A stretch of DNA of 64,000 nt from an uncultured cyanobacterium. Lineage in GTDB: Bacteria; Cyanobacteriota; Cyanobacteriia; CAKZMO01. Each line of letters begins with the position of its first letter. Position 1 is the first letter of the stretch. The stretch is taken from the NCBI GenBank assembly GCA_963719515.1, contig CAVRCJ010000019.1, positions 109,470-173,469 of the forward strand, written 5' to 3'. The translations under genes were made by a program, and so were the position numbers. Below the pieces are notes generated by a model. It saw only the letters and a program-made list of their open reading frames with translations, did no database searches and was not told where the DNA came from. This document shows, piece after piece, positions 1-10,929 of the stretch.

Positions 1-59
1 CTAGCTCGGCACCTGTTCAGCGAGCGCCATAGCTTCCAAAGGCCATACTCAATCGTCAC

Positions 60-461
60 TCAATCGTCTTTGGGGAGCAGCGCAGTAATCCGGTCTACGA
101 AATCTTGGTGGTCTACGACAGGTTTTGAGATGTAGCCATCGGCACCGCTCTGGCGCAAAAAACTCTCGCGATCGCCCTGCATAGCGTGGGCTGTAACCAA
201 AATGATAGGAAGATCGGCGGTTTTGGGGTCTGACTTCAGCATCTGGGTAATGTGGATACCGTCAACAGGCTTCCCCTGGTAGACGCTACGAGAGAGCGAA
301 ACATCCATCAAAATGATGTCGATCTCGCGGGATTGAGCGACTTCCAAGACCTCTTCGACGTCTTCAGTATGCCTAACCGCTAGTCCGCCTCTCTTGGTCA
401 GAATTTTTGAGAAGACCCGAGCATTGATCAAGTCGTCTTCGACAATTAAAACGGTTTTCAT
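60..461 (-). CDS. Single-domain response regulator (CheY/DivK-like)
   Basis: Receiver motifs VLIVEDD, ILMD (phosphoacceptor Asp), VTAHA, YISKP; no output domain. Confidence 0.92.
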   Translation of the reverse strand: MKTVLIVEDDLINARVFSKILTKRGGLAVRHTEDVEEVLEVAQSREIDIILMDVSLSRSVYQGKPVDGIHITQMLKSDPKTADLPIILVTAHAMQGDRESFLRQSGADGYISKPVVDHQDFVDRITALLPKDD

Positions 462-965
462 AAGGTGGTCCTAGCTAAATTGAGTCACATAGGGTACTTA
501 AAATATGCACTTACATGTACGAGATAGTATCGCAACTGTAACCATTGGTGCGGATATGCCGCAAATGTGGCCGCAAACAGGTTTACTGGCGGGGTCAGTT
601 GTCGAGTGCCGGTCTCGTCCTATTTGCCCCACCCAATCCGTTCCCTGCTCCTGCGCTGCGGCACTGAACGACGGCGCTGCCTACAGCGCAATTGAAATCA
701 GACGAGATAGAGAGTTAGATGGAACTAGTGCCTGTCGGTATCTCTCTTCAGCCCAAGTTGAGCTAAATCCGCTACCTTCATCATATGGGAACACCGATAA
801 AGATATGCTGGGTCGGCGCTCAGGCTCACACCGCCTTGCCTTTGACGGCATCGTAAGGGAGGCTAGATCAATCGATTTTCCACTCTAGACACCGTTTCAA
901 TTTCACCGCTACTTCATCGCTGCGCCGCTTTTTCTCTATTTAATATATAGACAGGATCACCGCTC

Positions 966-3494
966 ATGGCTAGACAGCTCAAAATTATTTCTCCAGGGCA
1001 AGTCATTCCGACCCCGCTTCACTCTGAGGTACAGCGCTCGTACCTGGAGTATGCCATGAGCGTGATTGTAGGTCGGGCCTTGCCAGATGTCAGGGATGGC
1101 TTAAAGCCTGTGCATCGACGGATTCTCTACGCCATGCATGAGTTGGGTCTCACCCCGGACCGCCCCTACCGCAAATGTGCTCGCGTCGTTGGGGATGTCC
1201 TGGGCAAATATCATCCCCATGGCGACCAGGCCGTTTATGACGCCCTAGTGCGCATGGTGCAGTCTTTCTCCAGCCGCTATCCGCTGCTCGCGGGGCACGG
1301 GAACTTTGGCTCGGTAGATAACGACCCGCCCGCTGCGATGCGATACACCGAGACGCGGCTAGCCCAGGTGGGTAACGACGCGCTGCTGACGGAAATTGGC
1401 GAGGCGACAGTCAACTTTATCGACAACTTTGACAGCTCTCAGCAAGAGCCTGTCGTCTTACCGGCTCAGCTGCCGTTTCTCCTGCTCAACGGCTCGTCAG
1501 GGATTGCGGTCGGCATGGCCACCAACATCCCTCCCCACAACTTAGGAGAGGTGGTCGATGGACTCATTGCCCTGATTGACCGCCCCGATCTACCGGACGA
1601 AAAGCTGCTGAAGCTTATTCCTGGCCCTGACTTCCCCACAGGAGGAGAAATCACGGGAACTAAAGGAATTCGCGACGCCTACTTGACCGGACGGGGCAGC
1701 ATTCCCATTCGGGCCGTTACGCAAACTGAAGAAGTGCCGGGGGGGCGGGGGCGGCATCGACGGACGGCCATCATCGTCACGGAGCTGCCGTTTCAGGTGA
1801 ATAAAGCGGGCTGCATCGAAAAGATTGCTGAGCTTGTCAACAATGGCCGAGTCGAGGGGATCGCCGACATTCGAGACGAGAGCGATCGCGAGGGAATGCG
1901 CATCGTTATTGAGCTGCGGCGCGATGCCTCAGCGGAGACTATCCTCAGCGCTCTGTACCGAATGACGCCGCTGCAGAGTAACTTTGGGACTATCATGCTC
2001 TGCCTCTCAGACGGACAGCCTCAGCAAATGACCCTCAGGCAGGCGCTCAGCGCATTTTTGTCCTTCCGCGAAGATACCCTAACGCGGCAGTATGGCCATG
2101 AGCTAGATCAAGCTGAGCAGCGGCTGAGCGTGGTGGCGGGGCTGCTGGTGGCGCTGGAAAACCTAGACACGGTGATCGACATTTTGCGCAATTCAGCCGA
2201 TGGCACGTCCGCAAAGGCGGAAATGCAGGCCGACCTTGACCTCAGCGATCGCCAATGCGACGCTATTTTGGCCATGCCCCTGCGCCGACTTACCGGGTTA
2301 GAGCGGCAGCGCCTGCAGACGGAGCACGATGAGCTAACGGCCCGGATTGACCGGCTCAATCAGCTGCTGGGCGATCGCCAGGAGTTACTTAAGGCTCTGA
2401 AAAAGGAGCTGCGGGCGCTCAAGCGCCAGTTTAGCGACGAGAGGCGCACCCGCATTCTCAGCGCAGAGGAGCGAGAGCAGGAAAAAGAGCGGCTAGCCGA
2501 GATTCAGGCGGTAGTGATAGAGGATGACGTCGTGCTGGAGTTCACTCAGCAGGGCTACCTGCGGCGGTCGTCACCCCGAGCCTTTCAGCGGCGGCTGGCC
2601 AAAACTGACCCGCTGCCCAGCACCTTAGAGTCCATTACCGATGACATTGTCACCCAGGTCATTCCCACTACGACAGGGCGATCGCTGCTGAGCTTTACTC
2701 GCAGCGGTAAGGCCTTCAGCCTCCCGGTGGGTGATATTCCTGCCACACCTCGCAATTCTAGGGGGACGCCCCTCGTTACGCTACTGCCGCCTTCAGCTCA
2801 GGCCGAGGGCGATCTAGAAGGGAGTGCAGCGCAGCTGGTCTACCCCGAGGATGACCAGGGAAAAGACGTGATTTTGCTCACTCAGCAAGGCCGGATTAAG
2901 CGGTTGCCTCTCTCCGACTTTTCCTCGCTCACGGCCCGTGGCCTGACGGCTCTAAAGCTCAAAGCGGGGGATAGCTTGGCTGACGTACTGGTATTGGCAG
3001 ACGACGCTCAGCTCGTCCTAGCGACCTCGGGGGGGCGACTGCTGCGGTTCGCCTTGAGCGAGGAGCAGGTGCCCTACACGGGGCGGACAACTCAAGGACA
3101 GACCGGCATTCGTCTAGGCCGTCGCGAGAGCTGCGTTGGGTGGACGCTGGTGAATGCGGCGGCGACTCAAGAATCTCTGCTGCTGCTCACGGCGCAGGGC
3201 TACGGGAAGCGGCTGCGCCTTGAGCAAATTCGCTTGGGAAATCGAGGCGATCTGGGCATCCAGGCGATGCCGTTTTCCGCTAAGACGGACCGGCTGATTG
3301 GGCTATCTTGGGCCAGTGCAAAGACCAAAACTCGAATCACGACAGATCAAGACCGCATCGCGCAGCTTTCAGCCGGTGAAGTTCCCATAAAAGGCCGCGA
3401 CGATAAAGGGAAACGAGTCGTCACGCTGGCCAAAAAAGAAACTATTTTGGCGCTGAAAGAAGTGCCTAACACAGAGAACCTCCCTGACAGCTAG
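966..3494 (+). CDS. gyrA: DNA gyrase/topoisomerase IV subunit A
   Basis: [24 protein letters not shown], active-site AAMRYTE, C-terminal pinwheel repeats; no recognisable GyrA-box, so it may be the ParC-like paralogue. Confidence 0.9.
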   Translation: MARQLKIISPGQVIPTPLHSEVQRSYLEYAMSVIVGRALPDVRDGLKPVHRRILYAMHELGLTPDRPYRKCARVVGDVLGKYHPHGDQAVYDALVRMVQSFSSRYPLLAGHGNFGSVDNDPPAAMRYTETRLAQVGNDALLTEIGEATVNFIDNFDSSQQEPVVLPAQLPFLLLNGSSGIAVGMATNIPPHNLGEVVDGLIALIDRPDLPDEKLLKLIPGPDFPTGGEITGTKGIRDAYLTGRGSIPIRAVTQTEEVPGGRGRHRRTAIIVTELPFQVNKAGCIEKIAELVNNGRVEGIADIRDESDREGMRIVIELRRDASAETILSALYRMTPLQSNFGTIMLCLSDGQPQQMTLRQALSAFLSFREDTLTRQYGHELDQAEQRLSVVAGLLVALENLDTVIDILRNSADGTSAKAEMQADLDLSDRQCDAILAMPLRRLTGLERQRLQTEHDELTARIDRLNQLLGDRQELLKALKKELRALKRQFSDERRTRILSAEEREQEKERLAEIQAVVIEDDVVLEFTQQGYLRRSSPRAFQRRLAKTDPLPSTLESITDDIVTQVIPTTTGRSLLSFTRSGKAFSLPVGDIPATPRNSRGTPLVTLLPPSAQAEGDLEGSAAQLVYPEDDQGKDVILLTQQGRIKRLPLSDFSSLTARGLTALKLKAGDSLADVLVLADDAQLVLATSGGRLLRFALSEEQVPYTGRTTQGQTGIRLGRRESCVGWTLVNAAATQESLLLLTAQGYGKRLRLEQIRLGNRGDLGIQAMPFSAKTDRLIGLSWASAKTKTRITTDQDRIAQLSAGEVPIKGRDDKGKRVVTLAKKETILALKEVPNTENLPDS

Positions 3495-3611
3495 GGTGTC
3501 AGCGCGCAGAATCTCTATCTTTCGACTCGGCTGTTGTCTTTCAACTGGCCCTTCTCGGTGAGCCAAGGAGTCTCGATAATGTTGGCTAGATAACTGCTTG
3601 CTAGCACCGCC

Positions 3612-4778
3612 ATGACTTCCTCTGCTCACCCTGCTCAACTGCAGGTGCCGTCCGACACTGCAGCTCCGCCTACTGGGTTAAGCCCTGAAGATTTAAGCCC
3701 TGGGGCACCGCTTCCCTCACAGCCAGAAGCGATCGCGACCCAGCCTCATTTGTGGATGCCAGAGCAGGTTCTGTTTACGCCCGCTGCTCTAGAAGAGGCT
3801 TGGGGGCAGCAAATTTTAGAGCGAGTCGAAGGGCTCAATATACCGGTCAAGCGGCTCACCCAAAACCGCATCACTGGGCTCCGGGGCAGCACCGAGCGCG
3901 AGACCTACGGTATTGCCAAGCGAACCATGGCAGTGGTGGTCGCCCCACCAAGCCAGCTTAAGCTCAGCCCCATCCCGCCCTCTGCCGACTGGCAGTTTCA
4001 CCTCGCTCAGGGGTGTCCCGCTCACTGTCAGTATTGCTACCTAGCGGGCAGCCTGCAGGGGCCACCCGTGATCCGCGCCTACGCTAATCTGCCCCAAATT
4101 TTGGATAATCTGCAGCAGTACGAAGCGGCTGATGGCCCCACTAGCTTTGAGGTTAGCTGCTACACCGATCCTTTGAGCCTCGAACACCTCACCGGCAGTT
4201 TGGCGGAGTGCATTCGCTACTTTGGCACCCGCGAGCAGGGCTACCTGCGCTGGGTAAGTAAGTTTGACGCGGTGGAGAGCCTCGTCGGTCTGCCCCACAA
4301 GGGTCGGACGCGCTGTCGATTTAGCGTCAACGCCCATTCGGTGTCTCGCTTCTTCGAGGGGGGAACCGCAAGCGTGCCTCAGCGGCTTGCTGCCCTGCGG
4401 ACTCTGGCCCTGCCCACCGCTCGCGGCGGTGGCGGCTATCCCATAGGGTTAGTTATTGCCCCAATTATGCCTCTAGACAACTGGCGACAAGAGTACGGTG
4501 AGCTGTTTAACCAAATTGGGCAGGCCCTCGATTTTGACTGCGACCTGACCTTTGAGCTGATTTCCCATCGATTTACGCCGGGATCTAAGGCCGTCTTACA
4601 AAGCTGGTACCCCGGCAGTCGGCTAGACTTGGATGAGGAAAATCGCAGCGTCAAGCGCAATAAGTTTGGCGGCGTCAAATATGTCTATGAGCCGGGCACG
4701 ATGCGATCGCTCAGGTCATTCTTCGAATCGGAGATTGAAAGCCGGTTTCCGCAGGCCCGTCTGCTGTACTGGACTTAA
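3612..4778 (+). CDS. Spore photoproduct lyase family radical SAM protein
   Basis: GCPAHCQYCYL CxxxCxxC motif, FEVSCYTDP, RFSVN, C-terminal GVKYVY; SplB-like layout. Confidence 0.88.
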   Translation: MTSSAHPAQLQVPSDTAAPPTGLSPEDLSPGAPLPSQPEAIATQPHLWMPEQVLFTPAALEEAWGQQILERVEGLNIPVKRLTQNRITGLRGSTERETYGIAKRTMAVVVAPPSQLKLSPIPPSADWQFHLAQGCPAHCQYCYLAGSLQGPPVIRAYANLPQILDNLQQYEAADGPTSFEVSCYTDPLSLEHLTGSLAECIRYFGTREQGYLRWVSKFDAVESLVGLPHKGRTRCRFSVNAHSVSRFFEGGTASVPQRLAALRTLALPTARGGGGYPIGLVIAPIMPLDNWRQEYGELFNQIGQALDFDCDLTFELISHRFTPGSKAVLQSWYPGSRLDLDEENRSVKRNKFGGVKYVYEPGTMRSLRSFFESEIESRFPQARLLYWT

Positions 4779-4828
4779 GCCTGGTGGCACTGCCCTGAAA
4801 CTCCTATCTTCACAGCATTAGCGGAGAC

Positions 4829-5260
4829 TTGAATCCCTCTATGAACACCGTCAGCGATCGTCTCAAAACGCTCAACCGCATCCGCCGATTTAGTCGCCTG
4901 ATGGATACGGCGATTGGCATTCCGGGCACTAAGTTTCGCATTGGTCTTGACCCCATTATCGGTCTATTGCCGGGGGCAGGGGACCTGCTAACGACCGGAT
5001 TCTCGGTCTATATTTTGGTGATGGCGGCCCGCTTCCGCTTGCCAACGTCCCTTCTGCGCGGGATGATCTTGAACGTAGCGCTAGAAGCGGTCTTGGGCTC
5101 AGTTCCCGTCTTGGGTGATGTCTTTGACGCCTTCTTCAAAGCTAATATTCGCAACCTCGCCGTATTAGAGCAGCATTTGCAGGCCAGTGCGCCCGAGCTG
5201 CAAGAAGAAGATGCGGAGAACCTGTCTAGCGTTGACCCAGACTTTGTGCGATCGCTATAG
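4829..5260 (+). CDS. DUF4112 family membrane protein
   Basis: LMDTAIGIPGTKFRIGLDPIIGLLPGAGD and VPVLGDVFDAFFKANIRN motifs; start is TTG 4829 or ATG 4841. Confidence 0.85.
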   Translation: MNPSMNTVSDRLKTLNRIRRFSRLMDTAIGIPGTKFRIGLDPIIGLLPGAGDLLTTGFSVYILVMAARFRLPTSLLRGMILNVALEAVLGSVPVLGDVFDAFFKANIRNLAVLEQHLQASAPELQEEDAENLSSVDPDFVRSL

Positions 5261-5314
5261 CTACAGCTCCGCTGCTACAACTCTAAATCTACGTTATGGA
5301 GAGGGTGCCGTTTG

Positions 5315-5776
5315 ATGATACCGCCGTGGATGGCTATTGGAGGGGTGACGCTGCTGCTGGGGCTAGTTGGAAACATTCTCCGCCCCAAAGACATTAAGTG
5401 GTTTCGGCGTTTAGAGCGACCGAGCTGGCTGACCATTGAGCCTCTGATTCCCGTAATTTGGATCATTGTCTTCATTTGCGGGGCTTGGTCTGCCTATATC
5501 GTTTGGACCAATCAGCCCGGCGAGCCTTCAACTTGGCTTCGGATGGCGCTGTACGCGCTTTTAGAACTGGTCACGGTAGCCTACACCCCTGCAATGCTGT
5601 GGACTCACCGCCTGCGCATCGGGACTGTCTTGGGCGGTACCGGTTTCTTGGTGGCACTGGTTTTAGCTGGACTCGTAGCCCCAATCTCTCTTTGGGCAAC
5701 GCTACTGCTGGTTCCCTACCTCCTCTGGAGTCCCATAGGAACATTGGCCACCTGGCAAATGGAAAAGATAAATTAG
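5315..5776 (+). CDS. tspO: TspO/MBR family tryptophan-rich sensory protein
   Basis: WFRRLERPSW, Trp-rich transmembrane segments, LLLVPYLLW. Confidence 0.85.
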   Translation: MIPPWMAIGGVTLLLGLVGNILRPKDIKWFRRLERPSWLTIEPLIPVIWIIVFICGAWSAYIVWTNQPGEPSTWLRMALYALLELVTVAYTPAMLWTHRLRIGTVLGGTGFLVALVLAGLVAPISLWATLLLVPYLLWSPIGTLATWQMEKIN

Positions 5777-5979
5777 CTCTACTTATGCTCCTCAAGAGGT
5801 GAACGGCAGACAGCCTCGCGGGGTTGGTGTTAGCTCTAAAGCATTAATCGAGGTGATGTTGGCTTATTATGAATGTTGGTGTAGCGCCCCCTATTGGACT
5901 ATCGCTTTTGGGGAGTCGCCTGGAGCGAGCTAGCCGTAGCGCGGGTCGCTCTGATCAGGTTCAATACAGGGTAGTGCTC

Positions 5980-6738
5980 ATGACGAGTGTGGTATCGCAG
6001 ACGGCTAGCCTAGATCTCACAGCTATCAACCGACAGCTCGCTCGTGCCGATGCAGAACACATTGTTCGCTGGTCTGTCGAGGCCTTTGGCGACGGTCTTG
6101 TCATGAGCACGAGCTTTGGCATTCAATCTGCTGTAATGCTGCACCTCGTGACTCAGGTCAAACCGGATATCCCAGTTATTTGGGTTGATACTGGATACCT
6201 GCCTGCAAAGACGTACCTATTTGCTGAGTCTCTCACCCAGCAGCTAAACCTCAACCTCAAGGTCTACCAGGCTGAACTCAGCCCGGCCCGCATGGAGGCG
6301 CTACACGGTAAGCTGTGGACCAAAACCGACCTGGACTCTCTCAATCAGTACGATCGCATTCGCAAGGTTGAACCCATGCAGCGAGCGCTCCGAAATCTGG
6401 GGGCGTCGGCTTGGCTAGCGGGTCTGCGGGCAGGCCAAACTCAGCATCGGCAATCCCTAAAGGCGGTTAACAAGCAGGCTGAAATCTACAAAGTGCTGCC
6501 TATTCTAGCTTGGACCTCAAAAGAGGTTTACTACTACCTCAAAGACAATAATTTGCCCCACCACCCTCTGTTTGACGAGGGCTACATGACCGTAGGAGAC
6601 TGGCACTCTAGTCGACCCATTACGGCTTCCGACAATGATGAGAGAGATACTCGCTTTCACGGCGTCAAGCAAGAGTGCGGGCTGCACCTGCCTAAAACAC
6701 CGGGTGAAGCTGAGAGCCTAGACTCTAGCTCGCTCTAG
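5980..6738 (+). CDS. cysH: Phosphoadenylyl-sulfate (PAPS) reductase
   Basis: STSFG, DTGY, RKVEP, C-terminal ECGLH; ATG 5980 preferred over 5869. Confidence 0.95.
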   Translation: MTSVVSQTASLDLTAINRQLARADAEHIVRWSVEAFGDGLVMSTSFGIQSAVMLHLVTQVKPDIPVIWVDTGYLPAKTYLFAESLTQQLNLNLKVYQAELSPARMEALHGKLWTKTDLDSLNQYDRIRKVEPMQRALRNLGASAWLAGLRAGQTQHRQSLKAVNKQAEIYKVLPILAWTSKEVYYYLKDNNLPHHPLFDEGYMTVGDWHSSRPITASDNDERDTRFHGVKQECGLHLPKTPGEAESLDSSSL

Positions 6739-8045
6739 CGCTTTTCGAGGGCTTCTACATCTCGCTCTTCCCGCTTGGACGCCTCTAGACGACTCCGCAA
6801 ATCAGCCTGGTTTTCGAGCAGATAATCCTGCTTGACTTCTTCCTGCACGCCTGAGGCGAGCCACTTCAGCTGAGCGCTGCCGCCTTCGGCTTCGGTCTCT
6901 CCGAGCATAATGCAGGCCACAGCCCCGCTGCGATTGGCCCGCTTCAGCTGCTTGCCAAATGCGCTTCCCGTCACGTCTAGCTCGACGGCAAAACCGGACT
7001 GACGCAGCTGATGAGTAATGACTAGCGCTTGGGACTCAGCGCGATCGCCCCGCGACACCACATAAAAATCTAGAGAGAGATCTTGAATCGACGTTTGCTG
7101 CTGGAGCAGTAAAATCAGGCGCTCCATGCCGCTGGCCCAGCCAATGGCGGCGGTCTCTGGTCCCCCGAGCTGAGCAACCAGCCCGTTATAGCGCCCGCCC
7201 GCGCATACCGTCGCCTGCGCTCCCAACGCCTCAGACTGGATCTCAAACACGGTGTGGGTGTAGTAGTCGAGGCCGCGCACCAGCTGCGGATCAAGGGTGT
7301 AGGTGATTTTGAGGTCATGGAGCAGCGCCTGCACCTGCTCAAACCGCCGTTGGGATAGCTCGCCGAGGTATTCGTGCAGACTAGGGGCCTCTCGCAAAAT
7401 TTCCCGCGTGCGCTCGTGCTTGGAGTCCAAGATTCGCAGAGGGTTGCGGTCCAGGCGATCTTGAGAGTCTGAGTCAAGTTCAGCCTTATGGGGCGTCAGG
7501 TAATTGACTAAGGCATCCCGGTAGCGCTGGCGATCGCTCAAGTCGCCGATCGAGTTAAACACCAGCGTCAGGTCGTCTAGCCCTAGCGTTTGCAAAAACT
7601 GGTTGGCCAGCGCAATCACCTCAGCGTCTACTCGAGGATCGTCGCTGCCCAAGACCTCGACGCCGACCTGGTGAAACTGCCGCTGGCGGCCCGCCTGGGG
7701 GCGCTCGTAGCGAAACATAGGGCCAAGATACCAGAGCCGCTGCAGCCCTTGAGAATGCAGACTGTGCTCGATAAAGGCCCGCGCCACGCTGGCTGTGTTC
7801 TCAGGGCGCAGGGTCAAAGAGCGATCGCCGCGATCGCTGAAAGTATACATCTCCTTACCGACCACGTCTGTCGCCTCACCAATGCTGCGCTCAAACAGAT
7901 TGGTCTGCTCAAAAATTGGGGTGCGAATTTCTCGGTACGCTGCTCGAGTTAGCGTGTCGCGGGCTGCCGATTCAACGCTATACCAATAGGCGATTTCGTC
8001 GGGCAAGATGTCTTTTGTGCCTCGAATCGCTTTGACCCTCTCCAT
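6735..8045 (-). CDS. hisS: Histidine--tRNA ligase
   Basis: [40 protein letters not shown] and anticodon-binding domain. Confidence 0.97.
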   Translation of the reverse strand: MERVKAIRGTKDILPDEIAYWYSVESAARDTLTRAAYREIRTPIFEQTNLFERSIGEATDVVGKEMYTFSDRGDRSLTLRPENTASVARAFIEHSLHSQGLQRLWYLGPMFRYERPQAGRQRQFHQVGVEVLGSDDPRVDAEVIALANQFLQTLGLDDLTLVFNSIGDLSDRQRYRDALVNYLTPHKAELDSDSQDRLDRNPLRILDSKHERTREILREAPSLHEYLGELSQRRFEQVQALLHDLKITYTLDPQLVRGLDYYTHTVFEIQSEALGAQATVCAGGRYNGLVAQLGGPETAAIGWASGMERLILLLQQQTSIQDLSLDFYVVSRGDRAESQALVITHQLRQSGFAVELDVTGSAFGKQLKRANRSGAVACIMLGETEAEGGSAQLKWLASGVQEEVKQDYLLENQADLRSRLEASKREERDVEALEKR

Positions 8046-8102
8046 ACTTCGGATTCCAATCACGCTAATTGTTTCAACAGATGCTCATCACGCCTCGAGA
8101 CC

Positions 8103-8411
8103 TCAGCTCCCCAAATCGCCCTCAGCAGGCTCCCAGTCGCCATAGCGCGAGCCGTAATATTGGAGAATAGCCTTAACCTGCTGCCGTTCGACCGGGTCTG
8201 TATCGGCTGCGCAGCTGATTCTGAGTCCCCCAGCCTGGCTTTGGCGGTAGTCAAAAGATGATGACGACTGGGGCAGCACTTGTGCCATGATGCCGCTGCA
8301 CTGGCGCAAATGAGCCGAAACCTCCCGATAAACCGCCAAGGGAAGCTCCGGGCACTGAATGTCAATGGGTCCGTCGGAGTGAGACAGATCTATCACCGAT
8401 GAAGAATGCAT
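8103..8411 (-). CDS. Conserved-looking cyanobacterial hypothetical protein downstream of pedR
   Basis: 102-aa ORF tightly packed between pedR and hisS; LPLAVYREVSAHLRQ, FDYRQSQ, ILQYYG motifs. Confidence 0.7.
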   Translation of the reverse strand: MHSSSVIDLSHSDGPIDIQCPELPLAVYREVSAHLRQCSGIMAQVLPQSSSSFDYRQSQAGGLRISCAADTDPVERQQVKAILQYYGSRYGDWEPAEGDLGS

Positions 8412-8426
8412 TGGCTGGCGCTACGG

Positions 8427-8705
8427 TTAACTGTCCGAGGCCACAACATCTGCAGGGACGGGGAGTGTGCAGCAGTTGACCTGGTCTAGGCAAACCTTAC
8501 CCCATCTGAGCGCCCACCGCACAAGCTCGACTCGGTTGGCCGTTGATGTTTTAGTCAAGACATTGCTGACGTGGTTGTCAACTGTCCGCTTGCTGATCTC
8601 CAAGGCCTCAGCAATTTCCTGATTTGTCAGCCCGACCGTCACGAGTTCGACAATCTGTAGCTCCCGCTCAGAGAGCGCTGCCTCCTTCTCACCGCCGCCT
8701 GTCAT
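8427..8705 (-). CDS. pedR: Small LuxR-type HTH regulator, PedR family
   Basis: LSERELQIVELV...TNQEIA...ISKRTVDNHVSN HTH plus C-terminal GKVCLDQVNCC cysteine cluster. Confidence 0.85.
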   Translation of the reverse strand: MTGGGEKEAALSERELQIVELVTVGLTNQEIAEALEISKRTVDNHVSNVLTKTSTANRVELVRWALRWGKVCLDQVNCCTLPVPADVVASDS

Positions 8706-8824
8706 TCCCACTTCACTCTGTATATGTACCTATCCTGCTCATCATTCTAAAGGTTTATCGGCCAAAATACCGCACGACGCAGCCACATTTGAGCCTCAGT
8801 CGAGGTTCAAGTTACCATAGATCT

Positions 8825-9727
8825 ATGGCTAAAACTGTTGATGTACTCGGCGTTCCACACACCTACGAGTTGACGGTATCTGCCCACCAGACCTGCCTGG
8901 TCTTCGTTCACGGCTGGTTGCTGAGTCGGGCCTATTGGCGACCCCTAGTCGGCCAACTGCAGGGCTATTCCTGCCTGCTTTACGATCTGCGAGGATTTGG
9001 CGAGTCGCCTACCCCAGCCAGCCAGCCCGGCAGCTCTGAGAGTGAAAATTTGACGATGCAGGCCTCTTCCATAGCGATCGCCTCCCGGTACTCTCCAGCC
9101 GCCTACGCTCAGGATCTCAATCAGCTGCTAGAATCGCTCGACATCAAGTCGGCCTGGATTGTGGGCCACTCCCTAGGGGGAAGTATTGGTCTTTGGGCGG
9201 CGATGCAGGCCCCCGAGCGAATTCGCGGCTGCATTTGCGTTAACGCTGGCGGCGGCATCTACTTGAAAGAGGAGTTCGAGAAGTTTCGCAACGTGGGGCA
9301 GCAGCTAGTGCGGCTAAGGCCTTCCTGGCTAAGACGCCTACCGCTGGTTGATATCTTGATGGCCCGAATGAACGTCGCTCAGCCCATTGAACGGCAGTGG
9401 GGACGACAGCGCGTCCTCGATTTGCTTACCGCCGAATCTGATGCGGCTCTGGGGACGCTGCTAGAGTCCACCACCGAGGAGGAGGTCCACCGGCTGCCCC
9501 ACGTGGTTTCTCACCTCACCCAGCCGGTCTACTTTGTTGCAGGCGATGCGGACGACATCATGGAGCCCAAGTACGTCGATCACCTCGCTAGCTTTCATTA
9601 CCTCTTTAGGGAGACGGGGCAAAACGCGATTAAGCTTCCCCGCTGTGGCCATTTCGCCATGGTTGAGCAGCCAGAACGCCTCGCCACAGAGATCAAAGCG
9701 ATTTTAACGCGACATGTTGGCGGGTAG
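8825..9727 (+). CDS. Alpha/beta fold hydrolase
   Basis: VFVHGW, YDLRGFGES, GHSLGG nucleophile elbow, GHFAM; ATG at 8825. Confidence 0.9.
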   Translation: MAKTVDVLGVPHTYELTVSAHQTCLVFVHGWLLSRAYWRPLVGQLQGYSCLLYDLRGFGESPTPASQPGSSESENLTMQASSIAIASRYSPAAYAQDLNQLLESLDIKSAWIVGHSLGGSIGLWAAMQAPERIRGCICVNAGGGIYLKEEFEKFRNVGQQLVRLRPSWLRRLPLVDILMARMNVAQPIERQWGRQRVLDLLTAESDAALGTLLESTTEEEVHRLPHVVSHLTQPVYFVAGDADDIMEPKYVDHLASFHYLFRETGQNAIKLPRCGHFAMVEQPERLATEIKAILTRHVGG

Positions 9728-9848
9728 CGTTCGGGCAATTGACAACCGTTCGACTCAATTCCTAGAAAAATGCGTCGTTTCGTCGCACAATAGATAGCGA
9801 AGACATCAATAGTGATGCAGCTTTAGAATTTCTTGGAGGACGTTAAAT

Positions 9849-9959
9849 ATGGACTGGCGCGTTGTGGTTGTGCTATCTCCGATCATTTTGGCCGCTAGCT
9901 GGGCCGCGTTTAACATTGGGCGAGCTGCGATCGCGCAGTTCCGAGGATTTTTGGACTAA
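9849..9959 (+). CDS. psbY: Photosystem II protein Y (not in ORF track)
   Basis: Hand translation [44 protein letters not shown] upstream. Confidence 0.95.
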   Translation: MDWRVVVVLSPIILAASWAAFNIGRAAIAQFRGFLD

Positions 9960-9979
9960 CTGGCAGGGCCTCTCGGCTC

Positions 9980-10006
9980 AAGGGCGCACAATTGTGCGCC
10001 CTTTTT
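9980..10006 (+). terminator. Intrinsic terminator after psbY
   Basis: Perfect palindrome AAGGGCGCACAATTGTGCGCCCTT running into a T-tract. Confidence 0.8.
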
Positions 10007-10048
10007 AATGACTTATTTTGATCACTTAAACGTGGCCCTAGAAGAATC

Positions 10049-10897
10049 CTACCGCGGGGCTCGCGTTCCTCCGTTTAGATCTAGCAAAACGGGTAGGTTG
10101 CTCGAGCCGTCTCCCATCACAAGGACTCTAGGCATATTGGAGCCTCCCGAGCGCCAGGCTGCGATCGCTTCTTTTTGAAGCACCAGATCTCCGCCCGTTG
10201 CCTTGAGGGTCTCTGCCAGCATGCGCTGCGCTTCAGCTTTGCCCTGGGCGATATTGATGTCGGCCTGGGCCTGCTGCTCCGCTTCTTGGGCAATATAGAC
10301 CGCTCTTTGGGCCTGCTGCTCAGCAATCTGCTTCTCTTCAACCGCGCGGGTAAACTCTGGCGTAAAGCTAAGGTCGATGACGCTGGTATCGAGGACCGTG
10401 ACGGCGTATTTCTCCAACCGATCGCTGAGTGCATTATCAAAATCACTCTTGAGCAGCTCCCGCTCTGTGATTGATTGCTCAGCGGTTCGCTTAGCGGCAG
10501 CGATTTTGAACGATTCTTGGGTCTGCGGCGCGATCACCTTGGCAACGAGATTCTCCAGGGTTCCCTGACTGCGCCGAATGTCGACCACCTGCAGGGGTTC
10601 GATGCGAAAGTTGATGGCAAATCTAGCGGTTAGATCCTGGAGGTCTTTCGTTGAGGATTGAGCCGGCACCTCAAACTTCTGCACCGTTAGGTCATAGATG
10701 TCGACGTTTGAAATAAAGGGAGGCTTGACGTGGAGTCCTTCGAGCAGCGCTCCGTCTTGAGACTTGCCCAAAACGCTTAGTACCCCCGCCTGGCCTGGAT
10801 TGATTACAACAAAGCAGTTAAAGGCCAGCAGCAAAACTGCAGCAGAGACAATGCCCAGCAGGACCGCTACAATGTTTTGGGCTTGGGGGTTCTTCAT
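10049..10897 (-). CDS. Prohibitin/SPFH family protein
   Basis: N-terminal TM, INPGQAGV, STKDLQ, AVEEKQIAEQ coiled coil. Confidence 0.92.
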   Translation of the reverse strand: MKNPQAQNIVAVLLGIVSAAVLLLAFNCFVVINPGQAGVLSVLGKSQDGALLEGLHVKPPFISNVDIYDLTVQKFEVPAQSSTKDLQDLTARFAINFRIEPLQVVDIRRSQGTLENLVAKVIAPQTQESFKIAAAKRTAEQSITERELLKSDFDNALSDRLEKYAVTVLDTSVIDLSFTPEFTRAVEEKQIAEQQAQRAVYIAQEAEQQAQADINIAQGKAEAQRMLAETLKATGGDLVLQKEAIAAWRSGGSNMPRVLVMGDGSSNLPVLLDLNGGTRAPR

Positions 10898-10929
10898 GTT
10901 TAAAGTATTTAGTATTTGGTTTACCAGCG

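Noticed and set aside
505..888. 127-aa ORF between the response regulator and gyrA
   Set aside because: No recognisable motifs; lies in a divergent promoter region; coding status unsupported
6735..6738. Convergent genes sharing CTAG stops (also 23732-23735)
   Set aside because: Common compact-genome arrangement
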